The notes below the pieces were generated by a model. That model was not told the DNA's origin. It saw nothing but the letters and a program-made list of their open reading frames with translations, and searched no databases. Made by a program: the position numbers and the translations under genes. Of a DNA stretch of 64,000 nt, positions 1-12,243 are shown piece by piece. Positions within the stretch are counted from its first letter, which is position 1. Each line of letters opens with the position of its first letter. Origin of the DNA: Ylistrum balloti (taxonomy: Eukaryota); the NCBI RefSeq assembly GCF_031769215.1, contig NW_026782132.1, positions 496,001 to 560,000 of the forward strand, given 5' to 3'.

Positions 1-1042
1 CCAGTATTATTCTAAATTGTAAATACATGTAATATCGATATGTCGAATAAGTCACCCAAGTATATCAAATATTCGGTCATAATTTGAGAGCCATACCGAA
101 GTCTATTCCAATGCACTATTAACGACTCGAATAACCAGCATTTCATCTGTACAACAGTCTACCAGCAAACCTATCGCCCAGGAAGTTAAAATCCCAGTCT
201 AATTTGCATGAATTTTGTCCACCTCTTTTCTGATCTAAACAGGAATACCGTGTCGAAACCAAAACTTTGCGATACAACTTTGTGAAAATGTTTTGCTGAA
301 ACAAACTAACAATACGGACTAACCAAAGTAGACTAAAACAAAGTGTGTCTATTACTTACTTGTTCACGTTAACGTATAAACACTCACCATATTAACCCGG
401 ATACCATATCACCTAACAGAAACACGTGACTTTAAATTCCTCGAATCAAAAGTTCGTTATCTAAAATCAAAATATGAACATGTATTTTTTATTTGGACGA
501 ATAAACAATAAAAGGAAAAAGTAGGCTAAATTCATTTGTTTATTTACCGCCATTTCAAATATCAGACGAAACTACGCTGTTTACGTGCTATTGTAGCACT
601 ACTTCGTTCAACCCTAATAAACGTAAGAAACTGATATCGTCAACCTTATTTATGCACTTCCTTTGAATCGAAATGTGGATAAGTCAAAATATTTTCCATG
701 GTCCTTAAATTTCGAGATAACGAGTTTCGGCTGTATTTTACATCAAATTCATTAAAAAAACCCACTGCACGTTCATTAGATAACACAACATTGTAGGTAT
801 CATATCGAAGATGAAATAGAATCCTCACCATAGTATTTTCTCCTGTTTTCTGCCACATTTATGTACATTTATGATAACTTCCAGAATATGACTGCTATAA
901 CCATTAAGAAGACACTTTTGATCCAGTAATTAGAAGAATAGAATCAAAATTATTGCTTTAATTACGTCATTCAGTTGAGCGTTAGCCCGTTACGAAGGCT
1001 TTGGTATCTGTCACCTGACTTAGCTCTAATGGTCCACAACTA

Positions 1043-1977
1043 ACTAGGTTTATAGTCTTCTGTGATGATGCCCCTACACCTCACTAGGTATATATAATTC
1101 TGTGATGATGCCCCTACACTAGGTTTATAGTCTTCTGTGATGATGCCCTTACACTAGGTATATAGTCTTCTGTGATGATGCCCCTACACCTCACTAGGTA
1201 TATATAATTCTGTGATGATGCCCCTACACTAGGTATATAGTCTTCTGTGATGATGCCCCTACACTAGGTATATAGTCTTCTGTGATGATGCCCCTACACC
1301 TCACTAGGTATATATAATTCTGTGATGATGCCCCTACACTAGGTATATAGTCGTCTGTGATGATGCCCCTACACTAGGTATATAGTCTTCTGTGATGATG
1401 CCCCTACACCTCATTAGGTATATATAATTCTGTGATGATGCCCCTACACTAGGTATATAGTCGTCTGTGATGATGCCCCTACACTAGGTTTATAGTCTTC
1501 TGTGATGATGCCCCTACACTAGGTATATTGTCTTCAGTGATGATGCCCCTACACCTCACTAGGTATATATTCTTCTGTGATGATGCCCCTACACTAGGTA
1601 TATATTCTTCTGTGATGATGCCCCTACACCTCACAAGGTATATATAATTCTGTGATGATGCCCCTACACTAGGTATATAGTCTTCTGTGATGATGCCCCT
1701 ACACTAGGTATATGGTCTTCTGTGATGATGCCCCTACACTAGGTACATAGTCTTCTGTGATGATGCCCCTACACCTCACTATGTATATAGTCTTCTGTGA
1801 TGATGCCCCTACACCTCGCTGGGTATATAGTCTTCTGTGACAATGCTCCTACACCTCGCTGAGTATATAGTCTTCTGTGATGATGCCCTTACACCCCACT
1901 AGGTATACAGTCTTCTGTGGTGATGCTCCTTCACCTCACTAGGCATGTAGGCTTGAGTGATGTTAACCATACGCCTC
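1043..1977. repeat. Minisatellite, 35/40-bp units (ACTAGGTATATAGTCTTCTGTGATGATGCCCCTAC[ACCTC]), about 25 copies
   Basis: Directly visible tandem units; degenerates at the right end. Confidence 0.97.
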
Positions 1978-1999
1978 ATACTTAATGTCTTAAGTATAT

Positions 2000-4750
2000 G
2001 AATACTGTTGAATGCTGCACAATTGATCTATTTCAGAAAAAGACATTTGACCGCCTGAATCAGAAATCCCATATGGACGCCATTGCGATGTAGGTTTTTC
2101 TTAAACCGCTTGGCGCTTTGATGGAATAGTTTGTTAAGTTCAAACCTAGGATACTGGATATGCGGGCCCACAGCCTCCTGATGCGCTGTCTAGTAGGACA
2201 CCAACAGTAATAACCCTGTACAGGATTGATATCATGTGAGCTGTCGTGTATCCACACGTTGTACTTTACCCTGTGCATGTTTCGTGAATGGATCTGACCA
2301 TGTATAATGTTTCGGCAGTGTTTATAGATACAGATATCATAGTCATTATGAAGTCATTAGCATCTCTGAGGTGATCACCTATATAGCCAGCTTCTAACGA
2401 CATTTTATGTGCCACATGATGTTAAAATATTCCATGTCTAACTTTGGAGATCACAATAATCTGTCATGGTATCCATTTTGACAGACAAGAATTAGGCTTG
2501 TCTTGCGAGATCTGGCTCACCTTGCTTGCAGTCGCCGCGACATGCTGTTATGCTCTCGAAGATGACTTTTCATTTTCTTAGCTAAGGCTCCAATCTGTGT
2601 GTTTTTATATGAATTGATCACGTGATACCGTTGAAGCAATCTGCAACAATTCTTACAGGTACCTCTATGGCATCAATGAACAAAAAGTTTAACTCTCCCT
2701 TGGGTTTCCAGGCAGAACTATGCTCATGGATTCTAAATAGTCACGTTTCGTAAGGCAATGTAGTGGGTTCCCTGGAGCTTGAGGTTTGCATTTTTTTGTA
2801 TATAAATATATGTTTCATCAAGTGACATTCCTGCCATAAAATACTCATGAAAAACACAGTAGTGTTCTAGCATGTTTATCTTTGGAGTGTTCAATGCCAA
2901 GAAAGGTCGATACAACTGTGTTGTCTAATCCTTGTATCACATAATATGATATTTTTGATAAATTGATTTCGACAATATAAATAGTGGTGCGCATTAATCT
3001 GTCTTAAGTTTGAACAGAAGCATAACATCTTGTTTGTTTCAGATGAAGAGCAGTATAAGAGAATAGTAAGGTACTTATAGTCAGATCTGTCCAGGATTTA
3101 CAGTCTGCGTCATCTAAAGGTGATTAAGTAAGGATAGATCCATGCTTCTCTCAGGTCTCCAAAAAATCATATACATATTGTTTCTTTAGCTTTCTCTTCC
3201 GTCAGATTCCACTTAAATTATCACAACACAAATGCGTGAGGAGAGACACCATAGTTTGTGATGATGAATGACTTGAGTTTTATTGGTTTTGGAAAGGATA
3301 TTTGATCAAATGTCTTCATGCACAAAGTGCATTTCGCATGTAAAGATAAAACAGATCATTTTCTGATAACAAGGGAAGGTTCCTCTATATATCATCATTG
3401 TTTTGTTTGCTCGGTTTCAACTTGCGCTTCAGATATCTCTTAAAGCATTTCTAACACATACCAATCTCCTGCCCATAAGTAATACATCACCATCGCCAGT
3501 AACACCCGAACCAATCATTTGCGCTAAGGAAGTCTTCATGGTTCTAGCGAGTCCTAGATGGATGAAACAGCTGTAGTGTGCAGTTTAAATCTTTGTTTTG
3601 CTGTACTGTATCTAGCTCTAAATTAGTATTTTGTACAATTTTAGTGGCCTTTATGCTCCGCTTAGAAATAATATTATAACAAAAGCTACCAGCAAACTTA
3701 TTTCTCATTGTAACAACGCTGTTCCAAGCTGTGGAACTTTAAATTGGGGAATCATGCTTTATCAATGCTTGTGCATATATGTAAATGTATAAAAGGCTGC
3801 TTGCCATTCACCCACCTCTGGGCCCAGTTTTACAAACGTTTTTAATAGTTTCACAAATTCACACGAAATTGGGTTTTCTTCCAAATCCATTATCATCCTA
3901 TTAAACTTGAAAGTCGATTCAGTTGACTGGTGCAGGAGGCATTTCAAATGGATCACTTTCACAAAAATGCATTTATTTGAAAAAAAAATGTACATTTGCT
4001 CGATTGATGGTCGACGTGTATGGGAAATTAACACACCGAAACTGGAATACATATTTCTGTCATAATATCTGTAGACTTTAATCACAAAAGAAGAAGAAAG
4101 ACTTTAAAACTTTTACCCGATTTAGCCCTAAAGAGTCAAACGCAACGTTTATTGAAAACAAAATTTCTCTTCGCCAAAGGATTCTCCATTTTTACAAAAA
4201 GAAGGGATTTTAAAAAACTTGGCAAATATTTTCTATTTGATCCCGCTGCTCAGGTCTAACTTCTCCCAGGATGCTTCTGACCACAATTGGCCAAAATCTT
4301 ATTCGTTCATGAATAGTAGCGATTTATCAAAAGTTGACGAATGGACGGATGACTGAAGCTCAAGTTCCATCGGTGGGATTCGGCTGAAACTTGCATGTTA
4401 TGATCTTGAGATGGTTCTTACCAAGTGTTGTTATTTTTCAAGTCTTCCGCGATCCAGCCGCCGTCTTCAAAAACACATTTTCAATCTTCTTCTGAGTTTC
4501 AGTAGTGTTATAAAAATTTGTGGTGATATCAAAGAAAGGACGTTGACAAAAACTTTTTCGGACTCGTCAAATGTTCAATATGGCAGCTACGACGGACATT
4601 TTGTAGCATAATCGTACAATCTTGGTTTTCCTGAACTTCATCTACAAATGGAATCCAGTTGAAACACGTCTGAAATGATCCTAAGATGGCCCTGGACAAT
4701 TGGTTATTGCGTGGTGCACTGTCTGCATTAATTAGTGTCCCGTATGCCAC
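2000..4750 (-). pseudogene. Putative decayed coding tract (chain of stop- and frameshift-broken frames; two weak ankyrin-like motifs near the 3' end)
   Basis: Protein-like minus-strand fragments switch frame across about 2.7 kb, including ORF-track hits 4529-4750, 3762-4085, 2733-2915 and 2060-2278. TSLILVCQNGYHDRLL (about 2454-2501) and GYTTAHMISILYRVITVGVLLD resemble ankyrin repeats. Confidence 0.3.
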
Positions 4751-6439
4751 GTTAAAACATTATTACAGGTCCGCGAAATTCAATATTTCCGCATCGATTC
4801 TATTTGTAAATTACCATAATTGAAAGAAACTCAAATATAGAACATGCTGACGTGGTAAGGAAATATTCTGTCAGTTTTAGACAGATTATGAATAAAATAT
4901 AAACTGTATACCTAACATCAATAATCATTTATTTTGGGTGGAAAGATCGAAGATAATTATTCCACAAGAAATCTCTAATATATTGACTTATTGCTAGATG
5001 AGACTGATATGTTTCTAAGAATAAAAAACCTAAAAAAATGTGTAAATTGTCTTTGTGTATAATCTCTTCTTGATATTTCCATATTTAATCTTTTTCGTGA
5101 AACGTAACTAGTATATGAATGGCCTGAAATACCTGACATGTCTTCAAAAGTAAGTTTCCGTTAGAGTTATGTATAACCTAATACGAGGTTCATGATATCA
5201 AAAGAAAATTTCTTATATTGGCTACAAGTCACATTTACAAAATAAAAATGTGATCAGTTACTTACATATTTTTATGTATAATTACTTATCTTTAAACGAA
5301 ATAGACATATCTATATGAAATTGAAATACATTGTGCCTCTATTAGTACCATAGAAATACTTTATGCCATTGGGTAATGAATATCTGAATGGATTTATTAA
5401 ATACCTACTAACATATATGATATCTGTTTCAGATATAATGTTTAAGTAAGTTTGTCATTAAGAGTGTTCTCACAAACGTAATACAAATGATTTTAGGTAA
5501 AACCATTCCTGTCATTGATGTAACATAACTTTGACAGATCTTTGATCTTTATAATATGTATCATATCGTCTAGTTATACATGTTGTTTATATAATTATAA
5601 ATGTAAAAATATTACTCACCCTTCCATAACATCAAACAAACACGATCTCTTCTGTTTACGTGGAATGACACATGGCAACTTCCTAATACACTTATATAGG
5701 GAAAATATTATATTTTTAGACGAGGGGATTTCCAAGTAGTAAAAAGTACAGTGTATTATCCATTGGTTCATATTTTCTGTTTTACTGGTTTGCATATTTC
5801 AATGAATTATTTACTTTCATACCAATATATCTTAATTTTGAGGTAGTCGCACTGTAGTATATTATTATCTCTCATCAATTTCGATTTTTTTTTTACAATT
5901 GATTGATTTACAATTTTTGTCTATAGACACCTTTTTTAATGAAAGGCGAGAGTCAAAATTCCATACAAACTGCATACAATCAGAATTTATCATTAAATAG
6001 ATATATGTCTCTGTAAACTTGATTTATTTACAATAAAGATTGCACTCTGACAGTGTTCAGAATACATATGCACACAATAGTTATGATAATTGAACATATG
6101 AGATTCAACAATGACCAATCAAAATGGATTTAATTAGATTGATCAGAATTGGCCTAAAAGTAAAATGGAAATTAACGGCATCTTACACTGGTGTACATGT
6201 ACTGTATATCAGGTTTTCACATCTGATTCAAGTAAAATCACGGAAACAATATCTATAAGAAGTCATGTTTGAAATCAAAATCTGTGGTTGATGTGCGCGA
6301 CTATTTTCCTGTGATATCATAATGACTGAAAATATGTTTTTACCTAATTGTTGTGAGAGCTTAATTGTCTTTATGGAATATATATATGTACATGTATACA
6401 TTTACTGGCTTATGATAAATGCTTGAAAAAAATACGCAG

Positions 6440-9400
6440 GTGAATTGGACTTTCATAATCTACACTATGTATGTGAAGGTAATAATATTGACCGAAACTC
6501 AATGATATCCGACGTATGATTATACAAAATCTTATCTTCAATATAAATATTAAAAGTGTATAACATAAATAAGATGTTTATGGGTCTTTTTACAAGATAT
6601 CGTATGTATTTCATACATAATTACAGATTTGAGATATGTTAGGAACTTTTCCACAGAAAAATGAAAAATTATCCCAAAAAGGAAATAAATTTGAAGTAAT
6701 CCAAAGAACATTGTTTTTGTGAACAAAGAACATAATGTTACTTGTTAACATGAAATTGACCAGTAAAGAAAAAAGAGGTCCAATGGGCCTAAATGGTCAT
6801 CTAACTATAAAGACCAATATATGAAAGAGGGCAAATAAGCTTATTGCTCAACTACTCTACACCTTACAAAGAAGAAATTGTTGGTTCATAAAAACATTTC
6901 CTGCAAACTTGAAATCCTATTCCTTGAGCATGATAGTACACAAATGCCATGACTCCGGACCTATTTCTTGATGAAAAGGAAATTTAAAGATCTCAACTCA
7001 TTCGACCAAAGATACCTTAAATAAATATGGTAGCCCTTCATCCAATCATCCAATGTGAGCTTCAAAAAAGAACAAGGTCAATCACATTAACAAAATTGGT
7101 AACCGTTCCTCCCAGCATGCTACAGGCCAAAAATCAGCAACTTTTATTGTCATTTAAAACATAGTCTATTTGTACATGTACCCAGACTGTAGCGTGTGAA
7201 GTTTTAAACAACTACACCAAACTCACTGTATATGATACTTGTTATCACATTATTGTTGTGCGAACTCTCAAACAGTTTCACACATTACCAATAAGGTCAT
7301 TTTGTTTCTTTTGAGGACTCGGGGCCTTGAATGAATCGTTCAAAAGCTTCACCAATAACTTTCAGGTAAGTCTATGTTTGCTTTCGGGACACTCCAATTT
7401 CATTCGATGAAAAATATAATCTCGGGATTATTGCAGTTATCATATTACGTGTTCATCTCTGCTTGCTAGTAAACACGTTTGAAACATGCGATAAAAATGC
7501 TTAAACCATTAAAAAGTAATACTGTCCGCAAGGTTTTTTGTTTTCTATTATATGTGGTTTTTATTTACCATAGTTTATCATTCAAAGATACTGTATTGGT
7601 ATAGATAAGAATGTCTATTACACAGGAAACACGACAGAACTTTGTCGAATTGAAGTTACACGTCTATAAATGGATCTCGTCTAAGGATTTCCCCAGTACC
7701 CTTTGATTCCTTCAGCAATGTTAATAACAGACACGGCTATTAAGTAGTCAGTTTATAAAACAATTTTGATGTATTTCAATTTACTACATCATTCATTGTT
7801 ATTATTACTTCTTTTTCACACAAGTTAACACAAATGCAAACTCTGTATTGGGCTAATGTAATATTTAAATATAAACACATCCATATATGGTGATAAATGT
7901 GAACATGTTCCTATGTATAGCTCATGAGATTACGTCTGTTCTTCTTTTCTCCGTTAATCCCTCCCAAAAAATGTCAGTGACATAAACAGTTATTTTAAGC
8001 TCAGACGAGAACAATCAGCTGTATTGTATTTTTTGTTGATGTTTATCGTTGACATGCGAATTAATACATACAACAAATGCTGATATAAATTGTTACTATA
8101 AATAGTCTAGGGAATATCCTTATTTTGTTTATAGTGTAGTGTACTGTAGTGTNNNNNNNNNNNNNNNNNNNNNNNNNNNNNNNNNNNNNNNNNNNNNNNN
8201 NNNNNNNNNNNNNNNNNNNNNNNNNNNNNNNNNNNNNNNNNNNNNNNNNNNNNNNNNNNNNNNNNNNNNNNNNNNNNNNNNNNNNNNNNNNNNNNNNNNN
8301 NNNNNNNNNNNNNNNNNNNNNNNNNNNNNNNNNATCCCAATATTCTGTCAAAGGACTTGCTGAAGAATTACACGAAGTATATCAAACACAGAAGAAGGTA
8401 CACTTTGTATGTCAACATATCTATTTCCCGATTCCCTACCGAAAAGTATTCGAGGATTCAGCATGCATCCTTAACAGGGAACAAGTAATTATATGATTTG
8501 TATATAAAACAGGTATACTTCCGCTATATTGTCTTTTTCTTTTCAGTATTTAATGTCCTTGTCACATTTTAAATGAAAATATTAATTATCAGGTAACTAG
8601 CATTATACTGGTGATAATCAGGTAACGGTGGCTAACTGATAGACGACAGGGGTTAAACCAGGTAACGATGGCTAACTGATAGACGACAGGGGTTAAACCA
8701 GGTAACGGTGGTTAACTAAAAGACGATAGAGGTTAAACCAGGAAACAGTGGCTAACTAATAGACGACAGATAGTTAACCAGGTAACGGTGATTAACTAAT
8801 AGACGACAGATATTAAACCAGGTAATATTGGTTAACTAATAGACGACAGATAGTTAACCAGGAAACAGTGGCTAACTAATAGACGACAGAGATTAAACCA
8901 GGTAACGGTGGTTAACTAATAGACGACAGGGGTTAAACCAGATAACGATGGCTAACTAATAGACGACAGATAGTTAACCAGGTAACGTCGGCTAACTGAT
9001 AGACGACAGATAGTTAACCAGGTAACGGTGGTTAACTTAAACCAGGTAACGGCGGCTAACTGATAGACGACAGAGGTTAAACCATAGACGACAGAGGTTA
9101 AACCAGATAACGGTGGTTAACTAATAGACGACAGATAGTTAACCAGGTAACGGTGGTTAACTAATAGACGACAGATAGTTAACCAGGTAACGGTGGCTAA
9201 CTAATAGACGACAGATAGTTAACCAGGTAACGGTGGCTAACTAATAGACGACAGGGGTTAATCCAGGTAACGGTGGCTAACTAATAGTCGACAGAGATTA
9301 AACCAGGTAACGGTGGTTAACTAATAGACGACAGGGGTTAAACCAGGTAACGGTGGTTAACTAATAGACGACAGGGGTTAAACCAGGTAACGGTGGCTAA

Positions 9401-10037
9401 CTAATAGTCGACAGAGATTAAACCAGGTAACGGTGGTTAACTAATAGACGACAGAGATTAAACTAGGTAACGGTAGCTAATTGATAGACGACTGAAATTA
9501 AACCAGGTAACAGTGACTAATAGACGACAGGAGTTAAACCAGGTAACGGTGACTAACTAATAGACGACAGGAGTTAAACCAGGTAACAGTGGTTAACTAA
9601 TAGACGACAGGGGTTAAACCAGGTAACAGTGACTAACTAATAGACGGCAGGAGTTAAACCAGGTAACGGTGGCTAACTAATAGACGACAGAGGTTAAACC
9701 AGGTAACTGTGGCTAATTGATAGACGACTGAAATTAAAACAGGTAACGGTGGCTAATTGATAGACTACTGAAATTAAACTAGGTATCAGTGACTAACTAA
9801 TAGACGACAGGGGCTTAACCAGGTATCAGTGTCTAACTAATATAACGCAGAGGGTCAATATATTTGTGGGCTTCTGTCTAAATTCCCGCACTAAAGCTGT
9901 ATGTTTTACGGCATGAAAACTATAGACTGTCAGCACTGTCTGTACTACTGAAGCCAGCTTCCGGTGTCCTGAAAGTCATCGTGTCCACTAAATGTTTCTG
10001 TGATGTTCTCAGCAGTTGCTACAAAGTGTCCTCGTGA
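6440..10037 (+). CDS. Possible small-exon gene fragment of unknown product
   Basis: Phase-compatible GT-AG exons 6440-6478, 7316-7365, 8354-8397 and 9926-10037 give GELDFHNLHYVCEGLGALNESFKSFTNNFQDLLKNYTKYIKHRRRLSALSVLLKPASGVLKVIVSTKCFCDVLSSCYKVSS*. Several acceptors are weak and I recognise no homology. Confidence 0.25.
6775..7150. mobile_element. Remnant of a non-autonomous interspersed element (HINE/Helentron- or MITE-like)
   Basis: aagaggtccaatgggcct end motif and two diverged internal copies (ggtagcccttcatcc; ggtaaccgttcctcccagcatgctacaggcc) resembling common bivalve non-autonomous elements; from memory, not a search. Confidence 0.35.
8153..8333. other. Assembly gap (181 N) next to a GTGTA-like microsatellite
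   Basis: Run of N preceded by gtgtagtgtactgtagtgt. Confidence 0.99.
8615..9845. repeat. Minisatellite, 40-bp unit (AAACCAGGTAACGGTGGCTAACTAATAGACGACAGGGGTT), about 30 copies
   Basis: Visible 40-bp period with a few internal deletions. Confidence 0.97.
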
Positions 10038-10984
10038 ACAATTTCAAATTCATCTGTCAAAATGACCTTATATGACATTGTAATGAGCTCCTGGTTCAGA
10101 TCTTATCATCTTTCACGCAACAATAAGTTATTAGAAAGCATTGGTTTAGTGAGCCTGACTGTGTAACATCTATGGTCCAGGCTCTGAACTGGGAGTCCTT
10201 AGTGTATGCAAGATTCACAATGATATACACTATCATATTATATGGACATCATAACCATTGTACCACCTGAATATTTTACACAGGGGGACAGAAGAACTAG
10301 CGGTACCCATGAACTTCTTCAAATTTAAGTATTCTCGAAGAAATCACTGAATCAAACATTTTAAAGGTCTTCAAATTAGTACTTGACTCCTCTCTACCAA
10401 CCAGTCAATACATTATATCGTCAAAATATAATAACAACAATAAACAGTAGATCTCTTTAATATAAACACTCTGATGACGTCACATTTGGAACATCGCTAA
10501 TGAAAAGTGCACTAAGTGCTGTGAGATTTTTTTCGGAAGAAGAAGTTTACGGATGGTGTTTGTGAAAACAGTGTGCAGATCTCCTTGCAGACATCGTGTA
10601 AGATCAACAGTATAAATAGGCTGTTTAGGTATACTCTCCGTGAAAAATACGCTATTTGGACAAGATGAGGCATGATTCGCGTCAGAATGGAGATTCTAAG
10701 AGAAACACAACATTTGTCGAGTGGATTTTTGCAAACAACTCTCCTGGTCTAAATCATAGGCTATTTAAAATGTAAATATTCTAATGTAGGATGTTTTAAA
10801 GCATATCAGTTTACACTGCAGGCCTAACGAACTTAATGAATTATACAAATATGTATGCATTCTGAATTTCATTAAATTGATTTTTAAAAATCCCAGTATT
10901 GTCTCTGCGGAAAGCGCCTCCCCAAGATTAAGACAGAAATTTATTATCAAACTTCACGGAAAAGTGTTTAGTATACTTGAAAGA

Positions 10985-11031
10985 TTTTCCCGCGGGAAAA
11001 TGTCCATGTGTCTACGTCACGTATGACGTCA
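10985..11031. promoter_or_regulatory. Proximal promoter of F-BAR/SH3 gene: palindromic double E2F-type site and CRE
   Basis: Perfect 16-bp palindrome TTTTCCCGCGGGAAAA (10985-11000); ACGTCA-cgta-TGACGTCA (11014-11031) ending 17 nt before the ATG. Confidence 0.55.
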
Positions 11032-11047
11032 TTGTCATACAATAACA

Positions 11048-11133
11048 ATGGCGGAACAGGGACAAAAGGAAATTTCTTTTGAGCTCTTTTATCCGAAAAA
11101 TAGAAGTGGCGGGAACTCGTATGAACACAAACA
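11048..11133 (+). CDS. F-BAR/SH3 gene exon 1 (MAEQGQKEISFELFYPKNRSGGNSYEHK)
   Basis: acaATGG start context, donor CA|GTAAGA, phase 2 compatible with the exon at 12547, directly downstream of E2F/CRE motifs. Confidence 0.65.
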
Positions 11134-12206
11134 GTAAGACTGCTATTTCATTATTCCCGAAAACATGTTATGATTCACTGATCGTGTGAACACTTATACT
11201 TTTAGATAATGTACTACGAATTTACTTTGCAACCATACTACAGTCTGAATCAGTATGTTTACAACGCAGGGACCTAATGGACACGTACGTTGGTAGAAGG
11301 ATGCGTGTTACCTATTGTTGCTGGGGGCCACTGTCTGAAGCATCGAAGGTCTCAGTTGTGGCACTGTTGATGTTTTTTTTTTTTTTTATCAGGTCTGCAG
11401 TAGATGTTATCTACATGTATCAATGACACACCCGTTATGTAACCTGACTCTTGTCTCGAACAGAAACTATACAAAGTGAACCATATTGTAATCCTGTTAA
11501 ACCACTAGTCGCAATAACACTCAGATGAAGAGAATCTTCTTTGTTAATCTTAAAACTGGCGAGTCATATTTTCCGGGTTCGAATCTTAGAGAAGATCTTG
11601 AATTCAGAATCAACTATTAGGCTAACATTATACAGATCAAGTCAAGTCAAATATCTTATTAACATCTCGCCATTAAATAAATCTTTACACCAAAATGAAA
11701 ATAAATATTGATTCATTAAAAGTATATACCGCCACTCTGAAAATATTTATTAGATATGTTTAAATAATAATTATACGTAAAATATTTTGCTCCTCTTGGC
11801 AACTGCAAACCAAGTGTACTATCTATATGATAAACTTCGTCTTTGTAAAATATATATAAAAAAAACACGGTTTTACAAATTACATTGCTCTTAGATAAGA
11901 CATTATCATATAAAATTAGTACTAACGTATCAGTATCACTAAAATTCGGGAAATTGTGACATATTTCATTTGCATTTTTAATTATTTCTTGTCATTGTGT
12001 AAATCACGTTTTAATAAACCGTGCTCATCACCTTGAAACATTTTTCTGTTTATTCTATTTATCTGTGATTGCCACTCACGTACTAATTACAAATTGTACT
12101 TGTCAAAACTTGCCTCATTAACAGTGCCTGTAAGAAGTTTTGAAGAAACTCTTCAGAATTACTTACAAACTGATCCAACCCATAATCACCACACCCATTT
12201 TACTTT

Positions 12207-12243
<37 letters not shown>

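Noticed and set aside
646-858. 70-aa minus-strand ORF
   Set aside because: No recognisable domain, non-ATG start, and no linkable exons.
8061-8496. ORFs spanning the N-run
   Set aside because: Artefacts of the assembly gap.
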